DNA of 64,000 nt, taken from assembly GCA_021208605.1 (NCBI GenBank), contig JAJOJK010000017.1, positions 17,872 to 81,871 on the forward strand, read 5' to 3'. The notes beneath the pieces are model-generated. The model made no database searches, had not been told where the DNA came from, and saw only the letters and a program-made list of their open reading frames with translations. A program made the position numbers and the translations under genes. Below are positions 8,302-16,801 of the stretch, piece by piece. This DNA comes from Candidatus Woesebacteria bacterium (GTDB lineage Bacteria > Patescibacteriota > Microgenomatia > UBA1400 > UBA1396). Every line of letters starts with the position of its first letter. Positions within the stretch are counted from its first letter, which is position 1.

Positions 8302-8970
8302 ATGCATTCCCCACTACTTATCGCTCATCGAGGTGATCGTAAATATTTTCCAGAAAATACTTTGGTGGGATTCCAATCCGCATTCAGTAAAGGGGCTGAT
8401 GGTGTAGAAATGGATATCCAACTCGTGAGTGGCGAAATCCTTCTTATCCATGACTATATGTTTGATCTCCAACAAGAATACACTTCTCTAGAGAGTGTTC
8501 TACAAGAACTCAGTCAAGTTGGGCGACTAGAAATAGAAATCAAAGCCTTTACACCAGATATTATCGATCCACTAAACACGCTTCTGAAAAAATATGCACC
8601 AAAAGATATTGAAATAACTACCAGTGAGTTGCCAATTGTTCCATACATCACAAAAGCCTTTCCTCAGTATTCTGTCGGTGTAAACTTTAATGAATGTCAT
8701 TATGAATCCTGGATGAGTGAAGAGCTTTACGTAAGAAAAGTAAGTGACTACCTCGATATTTTCAGTGCCCAAGTTGCTCATTTAAGCAACTTACCAGAAG
8801 AAAAAATCACTGAATCTTTAGTGCATTCTCTCCAAAGAAAAGGCTACATAACTCACTACCACATTGGCTTCCTGGAAATGGATACCCAAATGCAAACTTA
8901 CAAGTTGTTACAAGAAGTAGGAATTGATCAGTGTACTTTTGACGACACTGACTTACTGAGTGGTGTATAA
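8302..8970 (+). CDS. Glycerophosphodiester phosphodiesterase family protein
   Basis: IAHRG, PENT, GVEMDI, EIEIK motifs. TGcTATACT lies 6 nt before the ATG. Confidence 0.85.
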   Translation: MHSPLLIAHRGDRKYFPENTLVGFQSAFSKGADGVEMDIQLVSGEILLIHDYMFDLQQEYTSLESVLQELSQVGRLEIEIKAFTPDIIDPLNTLLKKYAPKDIEITTSELPIVPYITKAFPQYSVGVNFNECHYESWMSEELYVRKVSDYLDIFSAQVAHLSNLPEEKITESLVHSLQRKGYITHYHIGFLEMDTQMQTYKLLQEVGIDQCTFDDTDLLSGV

Positions 8971-9068
8971 TAAAGCTCCAATTTCTTACCAAAATCTTTT
9001 CTCAGAGACTAAAACTGGAATGGAGTCCAAGACCCAAGCTTATAATTAAGATACACTCAACTAAAGAT

Positions 9069-9584
9069 ATGAATGAAGCTAAATTTGGACAACTCTCTGT
9101 GGATGGTAAAAAATACGATGCAATTTGGGTAGAAATAGATGGAAAACCTGTAGCAAAACTCTTTTATGTTGAAATTGATGAAGAAACAATCTTAACCAAT
9201 AGAGAAACTGATGAAGAGTTCCGACGACAAGGATTACAAAAAACAATTTCAGCAGCATTATTGCGTTTCATGACTGAACACAATTACCGGTACATTCAGA
9301 GTTCTATTCCTATAGATAACCTAGCATCAATTGCAAATAGACTGTCACTCAGAGTGCCTGGTACAAAACATGTCTTTGAAACCAAAGTATCTGAAAGAGC
9401 CTTAAATCGTTTGAATGAAATAGCGAAATCGAGTCAAAAAAGATATCCTGAAAGTATAGTTTTTATTACTGACATAAAAAGTGTCGTACCAAATAACCAT
9501 TCTTTATGGGAAAAAATTCTTGATGCACAAGAGTATCTTTCAGAGAAGCGCTATTCTTACGACAACAAAAATCAAACTTCTTAA
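9069..9584 (+). CDS. Hypothetical protein, GNAT-like
   Basis: EFRRQGL resembles GNAT motif A; DNLASI resembles motif B. Confidence 0.55.
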   Translation: MNEAKFGQLSVDGKKYDAIWVEIDGKPVAKLFYVEIDEETILTNRETDEEFRRQGLQKTISAALLRFMTEHNYRYIQSSIPIDNLASIANRLSLRVPGTKHVFETKVSERALNRLNEIAKSSQKRYPESIVFITDIKSVVPNNHSLWEKILDAQEYLSEKRYSYDNKNQTS

Positions 9585-9668
9585 CAAGTCTTGTGTAGTA
9601 ACCTGGAGGATTTAGTGTGAGATTATTATAGCGTCGAACCGGTTCCAGACCCCGCTCTCCGCTCTTGG

Positions 9669-10088
9669 TTACTTCGTTAAATCAATAAATTGCACACCTT
9701 CAAAAAAAAGCTTTACTGCAGCTGCATGACCAGGAAGAACTTCTTGTAAATGAGCTGGATCAAACCACTCCCAACCCTCACATTTTCCTGGTTCACAAAG
9801 TGTCACTTCTTGATCATGAACCTCTGCTTGAAAAACAAAATGTACGAAATCATATGCATCTTGGTTTTCACGAACGATACCTAGAAATGTGAAATCTAGG
9901 CCTGTTAGTCCGGTTTCCTCCATTACCTCACGAGAGATAGCATTAGTCACTTTTTCATTCAACTCAATTCTTCCACCTGGCAAACCGTAGAAACCTGCTT
10001 TATAGCTATTCTTTCTCTTTCCAAGCAGAATTTCATTCTTTGAATTGGTAAGTACAGCACAAGTGCCAATTGGTTGATGTTTGCTCAT
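9669..10088 (-). CDS. NUDIX hydrolase (MutT/NUDT15-like)
   Basis: GLPGGRIELNE...REVMEETG Nudix box; EPGKCEGWEWF. Confidence 0.9.
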   Translation of the reverse strand: MSKHQPIGTCAVLTNSKNEILLGKRKNSYKAGFYGLPGGRIELNEKVTNAISREVMEETGLTGLDFTFLGIVRENQDAYDFVHFVFQAEVHDQEVTLCEPGKCEGWEWFDPAHLQEVLPGHAAAVKLFFEGVQFIDLTK

Positions 10089-10203
10089 ACAAGTATTATA
10101 TCGGTCAAAAAAGTTCCAATTTCGCACCACTATTTCCGCCATCCCCAGTTAACACTTACACCGCGTATGAAGAACGCATTTTTTCTCAAGGAAATGATGC
10201 TAC

Positions 10204-11163
10204 TCAATCTGCTGCATCGGGAAGTGACGTCATTGTTTTCCTACTGAGTATGTTAAAGAAATCCTGCCGAAACTGTGAGTCATCGATCTGGACCACGACA
10301 TCAGCATTCGTTTTTCCTACTTTATGTGGTCGTTTTTCAGCAACGCTCATGCCAAAAGTGTGTTCGCCTTGGGTTTCAATTACGAGATCCATTGCTTTTA
10401 AGGTAAAAGCATGTGGATTCAGTAAGTAGTATGCAGCGAGAGCATCGTATACGAGAATTCCGGTGGTACCTTCATCTGAAGTTAAACCGCCAAAAAAATG
10501 TTCCATCATGGGAATCAAGATTGATTGGAGTCTCTCATTCTGTACTTTTCGGAAATCATCGACCTGAAGAATGACTGTATTACACACGTCAAGTGGAACC
10601 AGGACTTTCTGAACTTCGGCCTGAAAAACGTCATCAGCTGCCTCGGGATCAACAAAAAAGTTGAACTCAGCAACGCGGTTTTTATTCCCAGGAACATCTA
10701 TCGCACCGCCCATGATTACCAGTTGTTTCACTTTGCTTGAAAATTGTGAATCGAGTTGTATTGCCCGAGCAACATTACTCAGTGGTCCAAGTGCTAAAAT
10801 TGTTATTTCCTCTGGATTGGCAGTAACCAACTCAACCATTTTCTCAGGTGCATTTTGGGTAAGTCTGCAATCAGTACTCGAGGTATCAAATCCCGCCATC
10901 CCAGATTCACCGTGTACTACTGCGGTAACAAGTTTTCGTTTCAATGGTTCGTCAAAACCAGAAAAGATTGGAACCGGAGAACCAATCAAATCAAGAATTG
11001 CCTGTGCGTTTCTTGTTACCTTTTCAATCGTGGCATTACCAGCAACGGTGGTGATAGCCAGTACCTCAAATTGATCTGACAGGAGTGTCATCAAAATGGC
11101 TAGGGCGTCATCGTGTCCTGGATCGGTGTCGATGATAAGTTTTGGTTTGTTGTTTATTTGCAT
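10204..11163 (-). CDS. Inosine/uridine-preferring nucleoside hydrolase
   Basis: IIDTDPGHDDA, TVAGN, VHGESG, AEFNFFVDPEAA. Confidence 0.92.
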   Translation of the reverse strand: MQINNKPKLIIDTDPGHDDALAILMTLLSDQFEVLAITTVAGNATIEKVTRNAQAILDLIGSPVPIFSGFDEPLKRKLVTAVVHGESGMAGFDTSSTDCRLTQNAPEKMVELVTANPEEITILALGPLSNVARAIQLDSQFSSKVKQLVIMGGAIDVPGNKNRVAEFNFFVDPEAADDVFQAEVQKVLVPLDVCNTVILQVDDFRKVQNERLQSILIPMMEHFFGGLTSDEGTTGILVYDALAAYYLLNPHAFTLKAMDLVIETQGEHTFGMSVAEKRPHKVGKTNADVVVQIDDSQFRQDFFNILSRKTMTSLPDAAD

Positions 11164-12290
11164 AGTTTCTCCATGAGCGTTGAGAAAAACTCAACTGTTC
11201 GTTGATAATTTTTGATTGGAATTCGTTCTACGTTGCTGTGCCCGGTTTTTCCAAGCCCGCCTCCGAACATTAGTGCTGAGGGCTGATCGTATTGTTGCCA
11301 CATCATTTGTAAATCTAGGTAGCCCGTGTCTTGAGGATCTGACCAAGCCGTTTTATTCGTAGTGGGAACTATCTTTTCTATATCAGTTTTGGGTGTTATC
11401 CAAGCAGAGTAGTCATGTGTGATTTGCATGACTTCGAATTCAATCCTGTTCTTTGATGCAATATCACTCAGTTGCTTTTGTATAAACTGTGCCGTTACTT
11501 TCGGATTAGCCGGCCTGATATCAATCACACATTCACAAATATCTGGAATGATATTTCCGGCTTGGCCAACTTCTGTCAAAAATTCTCTTTGTAACGAGTC
11601 AGCCTTTTTCTGGCCACCAAAAATATAAGCTAAGTTTAAGCTCGTTTTTCCTAACTCAACGCTAGTTTGAGCATCTAAGATTTCCTTGAGAATAGCAACT
11701 AATCTGAATGTAGCATCAATTGCATTTCTTCCGTTCCCTTTGGCAGCGTGTCCAGACTTCCCAAAGACGCGAAGGCGTAACTCAATTAATCCGCGACAAG
11801 CATAGCCAACTTGGAGATCTGATCCATCTGCAGAAATGATTCTTTGTGGTTTTAGATCAGGGTACTCTTTTAAGAAACCCTTCATTCCCAGAAAGTCATA
11901 TTCCTCGTCGGCATACAGAACGATCCAAAAGTTATTAGCCTGAGGATTGTTTCGAGCTGCTAACAGCAAAGCAGCTAAACCAGATTTCATATCTGAGGCA
12001 CCGCGTCCCCAGATTTCACCGCCTTTCTCAATTGCTTGGCGCTGACTGGAGTCACTCGGTGCTACAGTATCCGTGTGTGCAAGAAAGAGAGTATCTGGAT
12101 TGCCTTTTTTGATGATGAGATTATATCGATCATTCCCAAGTGGTTGTTTTTCAATAGTTGCTGTCAACGTGTTTGCTACCCATTCTTCAATGTAATTCAC
12201 TAATTTTGTTTCATTTATACCCTGCTGATCATCAACATAGGAGGGTATTTCTATGAGTTGCTTGAGGAGTTCTATGGCTTCGTTGTTCAT
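11154..12290 (-). CDS. M20 metallo-amidohydrolase (ArgE/DapE-like)
   Basis: AHTDTV, GRGASDMKSG, ADEE, C-terminal H. Confidence 0.9.
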   Translation of the reverse strand: MNNEAIELLKQLIEIPSYVDDQQGINETKLVNYIEEWVANTLTATIEKQPLGNDRYNLIIKKGNPDTLFLAHTDTVAPSDSSQRQAIEKGGEIWGRGASDMKSGLAALLLAARNNPQANNFWIVLYADEEYDFLGMKGFLKEYPDLKPQRIISADGSDLQVGYACRGLIELRLRVFGKSGHAAKGNGRNAIDATFRLVAILKEILDAQTSVELGKTSLNLAYIFGGQKKADSLQREFLTEVGQAGNIIPDICECVIDIRPANPKVTAQFIQKQLSDIASKNRIEFEVMQITHDYSAWITPKTDIEKIVPTTNKTAWSDPQDTGYLDLQMMWQQYDQPSALMFGGGLGKTGHSNVERIPIKNYQRTVEFFSTLMEKLCK

Positions 12291-12958
12291 ACCATACCTT
12301 TCTTTTTTAATACATTGAGAGCACTGACAATATCAGGAGCAATAAAGTCCGCTTGAGTTTGCGCGTGTTTGGCAATTCGCAGAGTTTTCATCCCAATTTC
12401 TTTTGCCGGGAGGATGTCGGATTGCTCCTGGTCACCTATGGCTAAAATGGCTTTTGGTTCCAGGTTCCAATACTGTGCTAATTGGAGAAAAGCTGCAGGA
12501 TTGGGTTTACGGAGGTCAGATTCTCCAGTAAAGATTGCCTCGCCAAACAGGGATCGAATTTGAAGGAAATCCAATACTTTTTCGGTCCAAACTTGAGGAG
12601 CAGCGGTCAGTAGGCCGGCGCGTACGGATAACCCGGAGAGCAGCTGTGCTAAGGAATCGTTGTACTGCAGAAACCGTTCTGCGGGAACATTCCAAGTAGC
12701 AGCAAAGTATTCGTTTCGTGAGACGCCGAGCTCTTTTTCACAGGCAAGACTGATGTGCCCAGCATATTGCTTTTGAAGCTCCAGATACTTTTTTTCTGCA
12801 TCGTTTGCGGAAAGTGCACATTGTTTTTGTAAAAATGACAAAATATTAGCTCGAATGCACTGGCCAAACTGAGAAGATGCAAATGCACTCTCTTCGTTGT
12901 CATCAAATGCATAGAGAGTGCCATCCATGTCAAAAATGATGGCTTGGATTGTAGACAT
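12287..12958 (-). CDS. HAD-superfamily hydrolase (nucleotidase-like)
   Basis: IFDMDGTL, RKPNP, IGDQEQSDI. SD GGAGG before the ATG at 12958. Confidence 0.88.
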   Translation of the reverse strand: MSTIQAIIFDMDGTLYAFDDNEESAFASSQFGQCIRANILSFLQKQCALSANDAEKKYLELQKQYAGHISLACEKELGVSRNEYFAATWNVPAERFLQYNDSLAQLLSGLSVRAGLLTAAPQVWTEKVLDFLQIRSLFGEAIFTGESDLRKPNPAAFLQLAQYWNLEPKAILAIGDQEQSDILPAKEIGMKTLRIAKHAQTQADFIAPDIVSALNVLKKKGMV

Positions 12959-12987
12959 ATGTATTCCTCCGTATTTCCTTTCTCCAT

Positions 12988-13123
12988 AAAAAAACCTCCC
13001 TTGCGGGAGGTTGCTCTTGTAGTTTCTTTTCTTGCTTTTTACGGCATCACCAACAAACACCTCCCAGGGCGGTTAAACCAGAAATGATGGTGCATGTTGT
13101 TGGTTTGCATTGAAGGGAGTATA
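12988..13123 (-). promoter_or_regulatory. Leader-peptide transcription attenuator I
   Basis: TGaTATACT, 7 nt, ATG; GGGAGGTG antiterminator arm inside the uORF; terminator AACCTCCC-GCAA-GGGAGGTT-T5 at 12988-13012. Confidence 0.8.
13039..13110 (-). CDS. Putative leader peptide MQTNNMHHHFWFNRPGRCLLVMP
   Basis: 23 codons starting 7 nt after a -10 box and ending just before the terminator. Confidence 0.65.
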   Translation of the reverse strand: MQTNNMHHHFWFNRPGRCLLVMP

Positions 13124-13157
13124 TCATAGTATTTTTTTGGCTTATACTCTAAGGAGT

Positions 13158-13706
13158 ATGCAGCTCCTTCCAGAATTTCCTGATCGCTATTGGCTGAAGT
13201 TTTCCGAAGAACCGGTTGAGATCGTGCCGTATGATGCGCAGGCAAAAACCTTCGCCGCCGAGTATGAGCAAAAATTACAAGACTTGCTGAAAGAGTATCC
13301 GGTGCAGATCTATCACCGCGGATCGACTGCACTAGAGATTGCTGGCAAGGGTGACATCGAAATTGGGGTGATTCCCGATCCAGAATATTGGTTTGAAATT
13401 ATTGTGTTTTTAGCGCAACAATTTCAAGGTTTGGGAAATCTAGACGAAGAATATGCGCGGTTCAATGATGTCAAAGACGGATTTGACATCGAAATTATAC
13501 TCATGCGCGGATACACTGCACTTCTCGATAGGCGTTTGCATGACTTTTTGCGTGGGAACGCATCTTTGCTGCAGGAATACGAACGGATAAAAAAGGAATT
13601 TTGTTTTTCGCAGCGTGAGTATAATCGGCAGAAGGATGTTTTTTTTCGTAAGGTGATAACTCAGATTCCTGAATATTCGCGCTGGGCAACAAGTTCCGAT
13701 TTTTAG
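13158..13706 (+). CDS. GrpB family nucleotidyltransferase-fold protein
   Basis: VPYD, IYHRGSTA...GKGDIEI, YERIK...YNRQK. SD AAGGAG. Confidence 0.8.
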   Translation: MQLLPEFPDRYWLKFSEEPVEIVPYDAQAKTFAAEYEQKLQDLLKEYPVQIYHRGSTALEIAGKGDIEIGVIPDPEYWFEIIVFLAQQFQGLGNLDEEYARFNDVKDGFDIEIILMRGYTALLDRRLHDFLRGNASLLQEYERIKKEFCFSQREYNRQKDVFFRKVITQIPEYSRWATSSDF

Positions 13707-13755
13707 TCCTCTTTGCCCCTATCCGTCAACGAAAACCAAGATACAATTGAAAACT

Positions 13756-14367
13756 ATGTCTCACGAATCAGCTCGAAAAATGTGGAATAGCGATGCACCA
13801 AACTGGGTTGATCACCAGCATCTTGGGAGTATTGCTCCGGTAATAGAATCCTTTATTTGCAGGCATTCTGCACAAGTATTGCAGGTGACGCCGCGCAACT
13901 CACGAATAGTTGATCTCGGAACGGGAGCTAATACAAAAGCGTATTTTCCTGCTTCTGCTCACCCGAGAATTATTGGCCTTGATTTCTCCAGTGAGATGCT
14001 ACGACTCAATCCGCTGCCGCAAAAGACTGTGGCAGAGATGTCAGCACCTCTCCCATTCGCAAGGGAATCTTTTGGGCTCGTAACTTCTTTTTTGGCCTGG
14101 AGATATTTGAGTTCAGAAGAGCATGCGGCTCTTATTCAAGAAATGTACAGAGTTCTTTTGCCATACGGAACTGTCCTGCTTATTGATTTACTGAAAAACA
14201 ACTGGGAGCATCAGAAGTCAGAATTTTCACCTGACTGGAATGCACAACACCTCCGCACTGCCGGATTTAGCGTGCGTACTGCTTCCACCGAGAACGTACG
14301 ATCTCCATTAGGATATACACTGCGCTACACAGCGGAGCTGGGAGTAGTAGTGGCTCGCAAAGCGTAA
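13756..14367 (+). CDS. Class I SAM-dependent methyltransferase
   Basis: IVDLGTG, GLDFSSEML, EMYRVLLPYG. Confidence 0.8.
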   Translation: MSHESARKMWNSDAPNWVDHQHLGSIAPVIESFICRHSAQVLQVTPRNSRIVDLGTGANTKAYFPASAHPRIIGLDFSSEMLRLNPLPQKTVAEMSAPLPFARESFGLVTSFLAWRYLSSEEHAALIQEMYRVLLPYGTVLLIDLLKNNWEHQKSEFSPDWNAQHLRTAGFSVRTASTENVRSPLGYTLRYTAELGVVVARKA

Positions 14368-14397
14368 AAGGGAATATTTCTCTGGTTTATTTGTGGG

Positions 14398-14598
14398 CTA
14401 CGGTTGACTCTTAATTCTCCGAATAGTGTGCCGATTGATCCAGGATTCATCTACGTAGAGATCAAGGCCATCCTCAGTTTCAAGCCGGACTAACAGTGTA
14501 TTGCGATCAGCAAGAGTTCCAAAGCCTGTTTTGTATGGTGTTGTGAGTGGTAGGGCAACTTCCAACAAATCTGTTCTGACTATTTTTGAATTACGCAT
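14398..14598 (-). pseudogene. Internally deleted enolase-superfamily gene (OSBS/N-acylamino acid racemase-like)
   Basis: N-terminus LPLTTPYKTGFGT...LLVRLETEDG is joined directly to a C-terminal-like LDLYVDESWINRH. Only 66 aa. Confidence 0.7.
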
Positions 14599-15703
14599 AC
14601 ATTTCTTCCTCCACATCCCGCAAAAACCTCCGCAGTCCCTCATAAAACGCCATCGTCGATTCTACATCCAGCCACTCGCTTTCCATATGAATATCTCCAC
14701 CGTGGGGTTTAATCATGAGAATTGGTATGTCAAATGCCGCAAAGTGTCTGGCATCCGAACCGCCATGGGTGGGTTTGATTTGTATCTTTTGCTGGTGCGT
14801 TGTTTCCAGTACTGCCAGGAATTTTTTAACGATCGGGAGTTCCGGATCGGTGGCAGTTGGAAGACCAGTTGCCAGCGGTGAGAAAGTGACCCGATTTTGG
14901 AAAGGTTCACACATTTCTGTGAGTTCATCCACTATGCGCTCGAAGCTGTCGGTTTCTGGATAGCGGAAATCAATCTGCAGGGTAGCACTGTCACAGACTT
15001 GGTTTGTGGAAATGCCGCCAGAAATTTTTCCAAAGTTCACGGTAGTTACCCAGCCTTCGGTGGCGTTATTGGCAGCGTAGCGTTTTTCTAACTTAGTTAT
15101 AATATGAGCCAGTGGAGTGATGGCATTTTCCCCATCCCAGAGTCTGGAAGCATGCGCTGATGTTCCAGTTGACTCAACCACAAATTGCGCCACACCCTTG
15201 GAGGCATGAACAAACTGAAGATTGTCACCACCATCAGGCACAATCAGTACTTTTGGTCGCCATTGTGCGGTTTCTGCCAGGTGCGCCGCGCCGTCAAGGC
15301 CGCCGATTTCTTCGTCAGTAGTAACAACGAATGAGAATTGAAGCGGGCTCTTGTTTTCGATCAATTCGTTCAGGAGGGCAATGCCGAGTGGAATTGAAAA
15401 CTTCATGTCGCTCACCCCACGGCCAAAGATCTTGTTTTCTTGCTGAGTCATGGTGAACATTTTTTCAGATGCCGCTACGACATCAACGTGCACGAGATAT
15501 CCGATATCTGGTTGCAGTGTGTCTGAATTACTGGCAATGAGTATTTTTGCTTTAGCATTTTCAATGACTCGTACGTTTGCTTGCGGCGAGAGCAGCGTGC
15601 GAATATATTCGATTGCCTGTTGATTCGCAGTCGTGTCAGCGGTGACTGTGGGGATAGCTACCAAGTCTGATAGCTGATGCAAAAATGTATCTTTGTGTAA
15701 CAT
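14591..15703 (-). CDS. M20 metallo-amidohydrolase (DapE/ArgE-like)
   Basis: VHVDVV, GRGVSDMK, TDEEIGG, GGSDARHF, IH. SD AAAGG. Confidence 0.9.
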   Translation of the reverse strand: MLHKDTFLHQLSDLVAIPTVTADTTANQQAIEYIRTLLSPQANVRVIENAKAKILIASNSDTLQPDIGYLVHVDVVAASEKMFTMTQQENKIFGRGVSDMKFSIPLGIALLNELIENKSPLQFSFVVTTDEEIGGLDGAAHLAETAQWRPKVLIVPDGGDNLQFVHASKGVAQFVVESTGTSAHASRLWDGENAITPLAHIITKLEKRYAANNATEGWVTTVNFGKISGGISTNQVCDSATLQIDFRYPETDSFERIVDELTEMCEPFQNRVTFSPLATGLPTATDPELPIVKKFLAVLETTHQQKIQIKPTHGGSDARHFAAFDIPILMIKPHGGDIHMESEWLDVESTMAFYEGLRRFLRDVEEEMYA

Positions 15704-15716
15704 ATTTCCTTTCTCC

Positions 15717-15850
15717 AAAAAAAAACCTCCCAGGTGGGAGGTGGATTCTTGTTTCTTTTTGTTCTATTGCACTACAAACAAGCACCTCCGCGGGTGGTCA
15801 TAAACCAAATAAGGGCGTAGCAGTTGTTTGTATGCATTGTGGGGAGTATA
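15717..15850 (-). promoter_or_regulatory. Leader-peptide transcription attenuator II (homolog of I)
   Basis: TGcTATACT, 7 nt, ATG; GGAGGTG arm inside the uORF; terminator ACCTCCC-ACCT-GGGAGGT-T8 at 15717-15742. Confidence 0.8.
15772..15837 (-). CDS. Putative leader peptide MHTNNCYALIWFMTTRGGACL
   Basis: 21 codons; shares MxTNN and W11-F12 with leader I. Confidence 0.6.
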   Translation of the reverse strand: MHTNNCYALIWFMTTRGGACL

Positions 15851-15920
15851 GCACAGTAGTTACGCGTTCAAAATGAAAACATATCCGGATTTGTAAGCGT
15901 TATTGTATAATACACAACTT

Positions 15921-16784
15921 ATGAGAAAGGTAGAATCCCAATTTTCAGTTGTGGTGCCAGTATCAAATGACTTATCCGTGAGGGAATATGCAAAGAGTGT
16001 TTCTAGTGCGCGTGAATTTGATTCTACTGAGCATGTGTTTGTTCAAAATGGCGTGAGTGATGCTGTTCGGCAAATAACGGATGAATTTGCTAATGACTAT
16101 TCCAACCATCGGAATATACAAATACTGGAAAAGGGAATTCAAATCTCTAGAAACATAGGTATATCTCAAACGAGCTGTGAATGGATTGTTAATTTAGATT
16201 CTGATGTACAAGTGAATCGTCGTTTCTTTGAGGCACTGCGTATCGCTATTGAAGAAAATCCTGGAGTAGAAGTTTTGGTTCCGCGTTTGTTGAGAGATGA
16301 GGGACAGAGTTTCTTACAGAGAATGACTTCAGCGCATTTTACAAACCTCTCTCGTCGACCTAAACCGCCGGTGCACAATCCAGGACTTGTGGTGAGGCGG
16401 ACCGTGTATGAGGATGTTGGATTACTAGATACGCGATTTAAAAACGGAAATGACAATGATTTTAAGCGGAGAATTAAGGGAAAGAAGACTATAAATGTAC
16501 CGGGTGCTGTGGTTTTTCATAAAGCAGATCCAGACGCAAAACTCATGAAACAGCATTTCAAGTATGGTCGCGACCGATCACGAATATCCCGTCATGGTCA
16601 CCCAGAAGATAGAAAAGCCATTTTAGGAGATAGGATAAGTAAAACGCTTTTATTCCCAAAATTTATTCAGTTTTTACCTTATGGTTTCAAAGTGGCCAGC
16701 TACGAAACAGTACTCGGTTTTATTTCAGCGGCTGGGTTTTGGTATCAAGAAGGAATGCGTATTTTAGGTAAGGAGTTGTTGTGA
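15921..16784 (+). CDS. Glycosyltransferase family 2
   Basis: SVVVP, SRNIGI, NLDSD (DxD). Confidence 0.85.
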   Translation: MRKVESQFSVVVPVSNDLSVREYAKSVSSAREFDSTEHVFVQNGVSDAVRQITDEFANDYSNHRNIQILEKGIQISRNIGISQTSCEWIVNLDSDVQVNRRFFEALRIAIEENPGVEVLVPRLLRDEGQSFLQRMTSAHFTNLSRRPKPPVHNPGLVVRRTVYEDVGLLDTRFKNGNDNDFKRRIKGKKTINVPGAVVFHKADPDAKLMKQHFKYGRDRSRISRHGHPEDRKAILGDRISKTLLFPKFIQFLPYGFKVASYETVLGFISAAGFWYQEGMRILGKELL

Positions 16785-16801
16785 GTCATTATTTGATACT
16801 G

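Noticed and set aside
13111-13332. N-terminal extension of the 97-aa ORF containing leader I
   Set aside because: It is antisense to the GrpB gene; the -10 box places the transcript start at the ATG at 13110.
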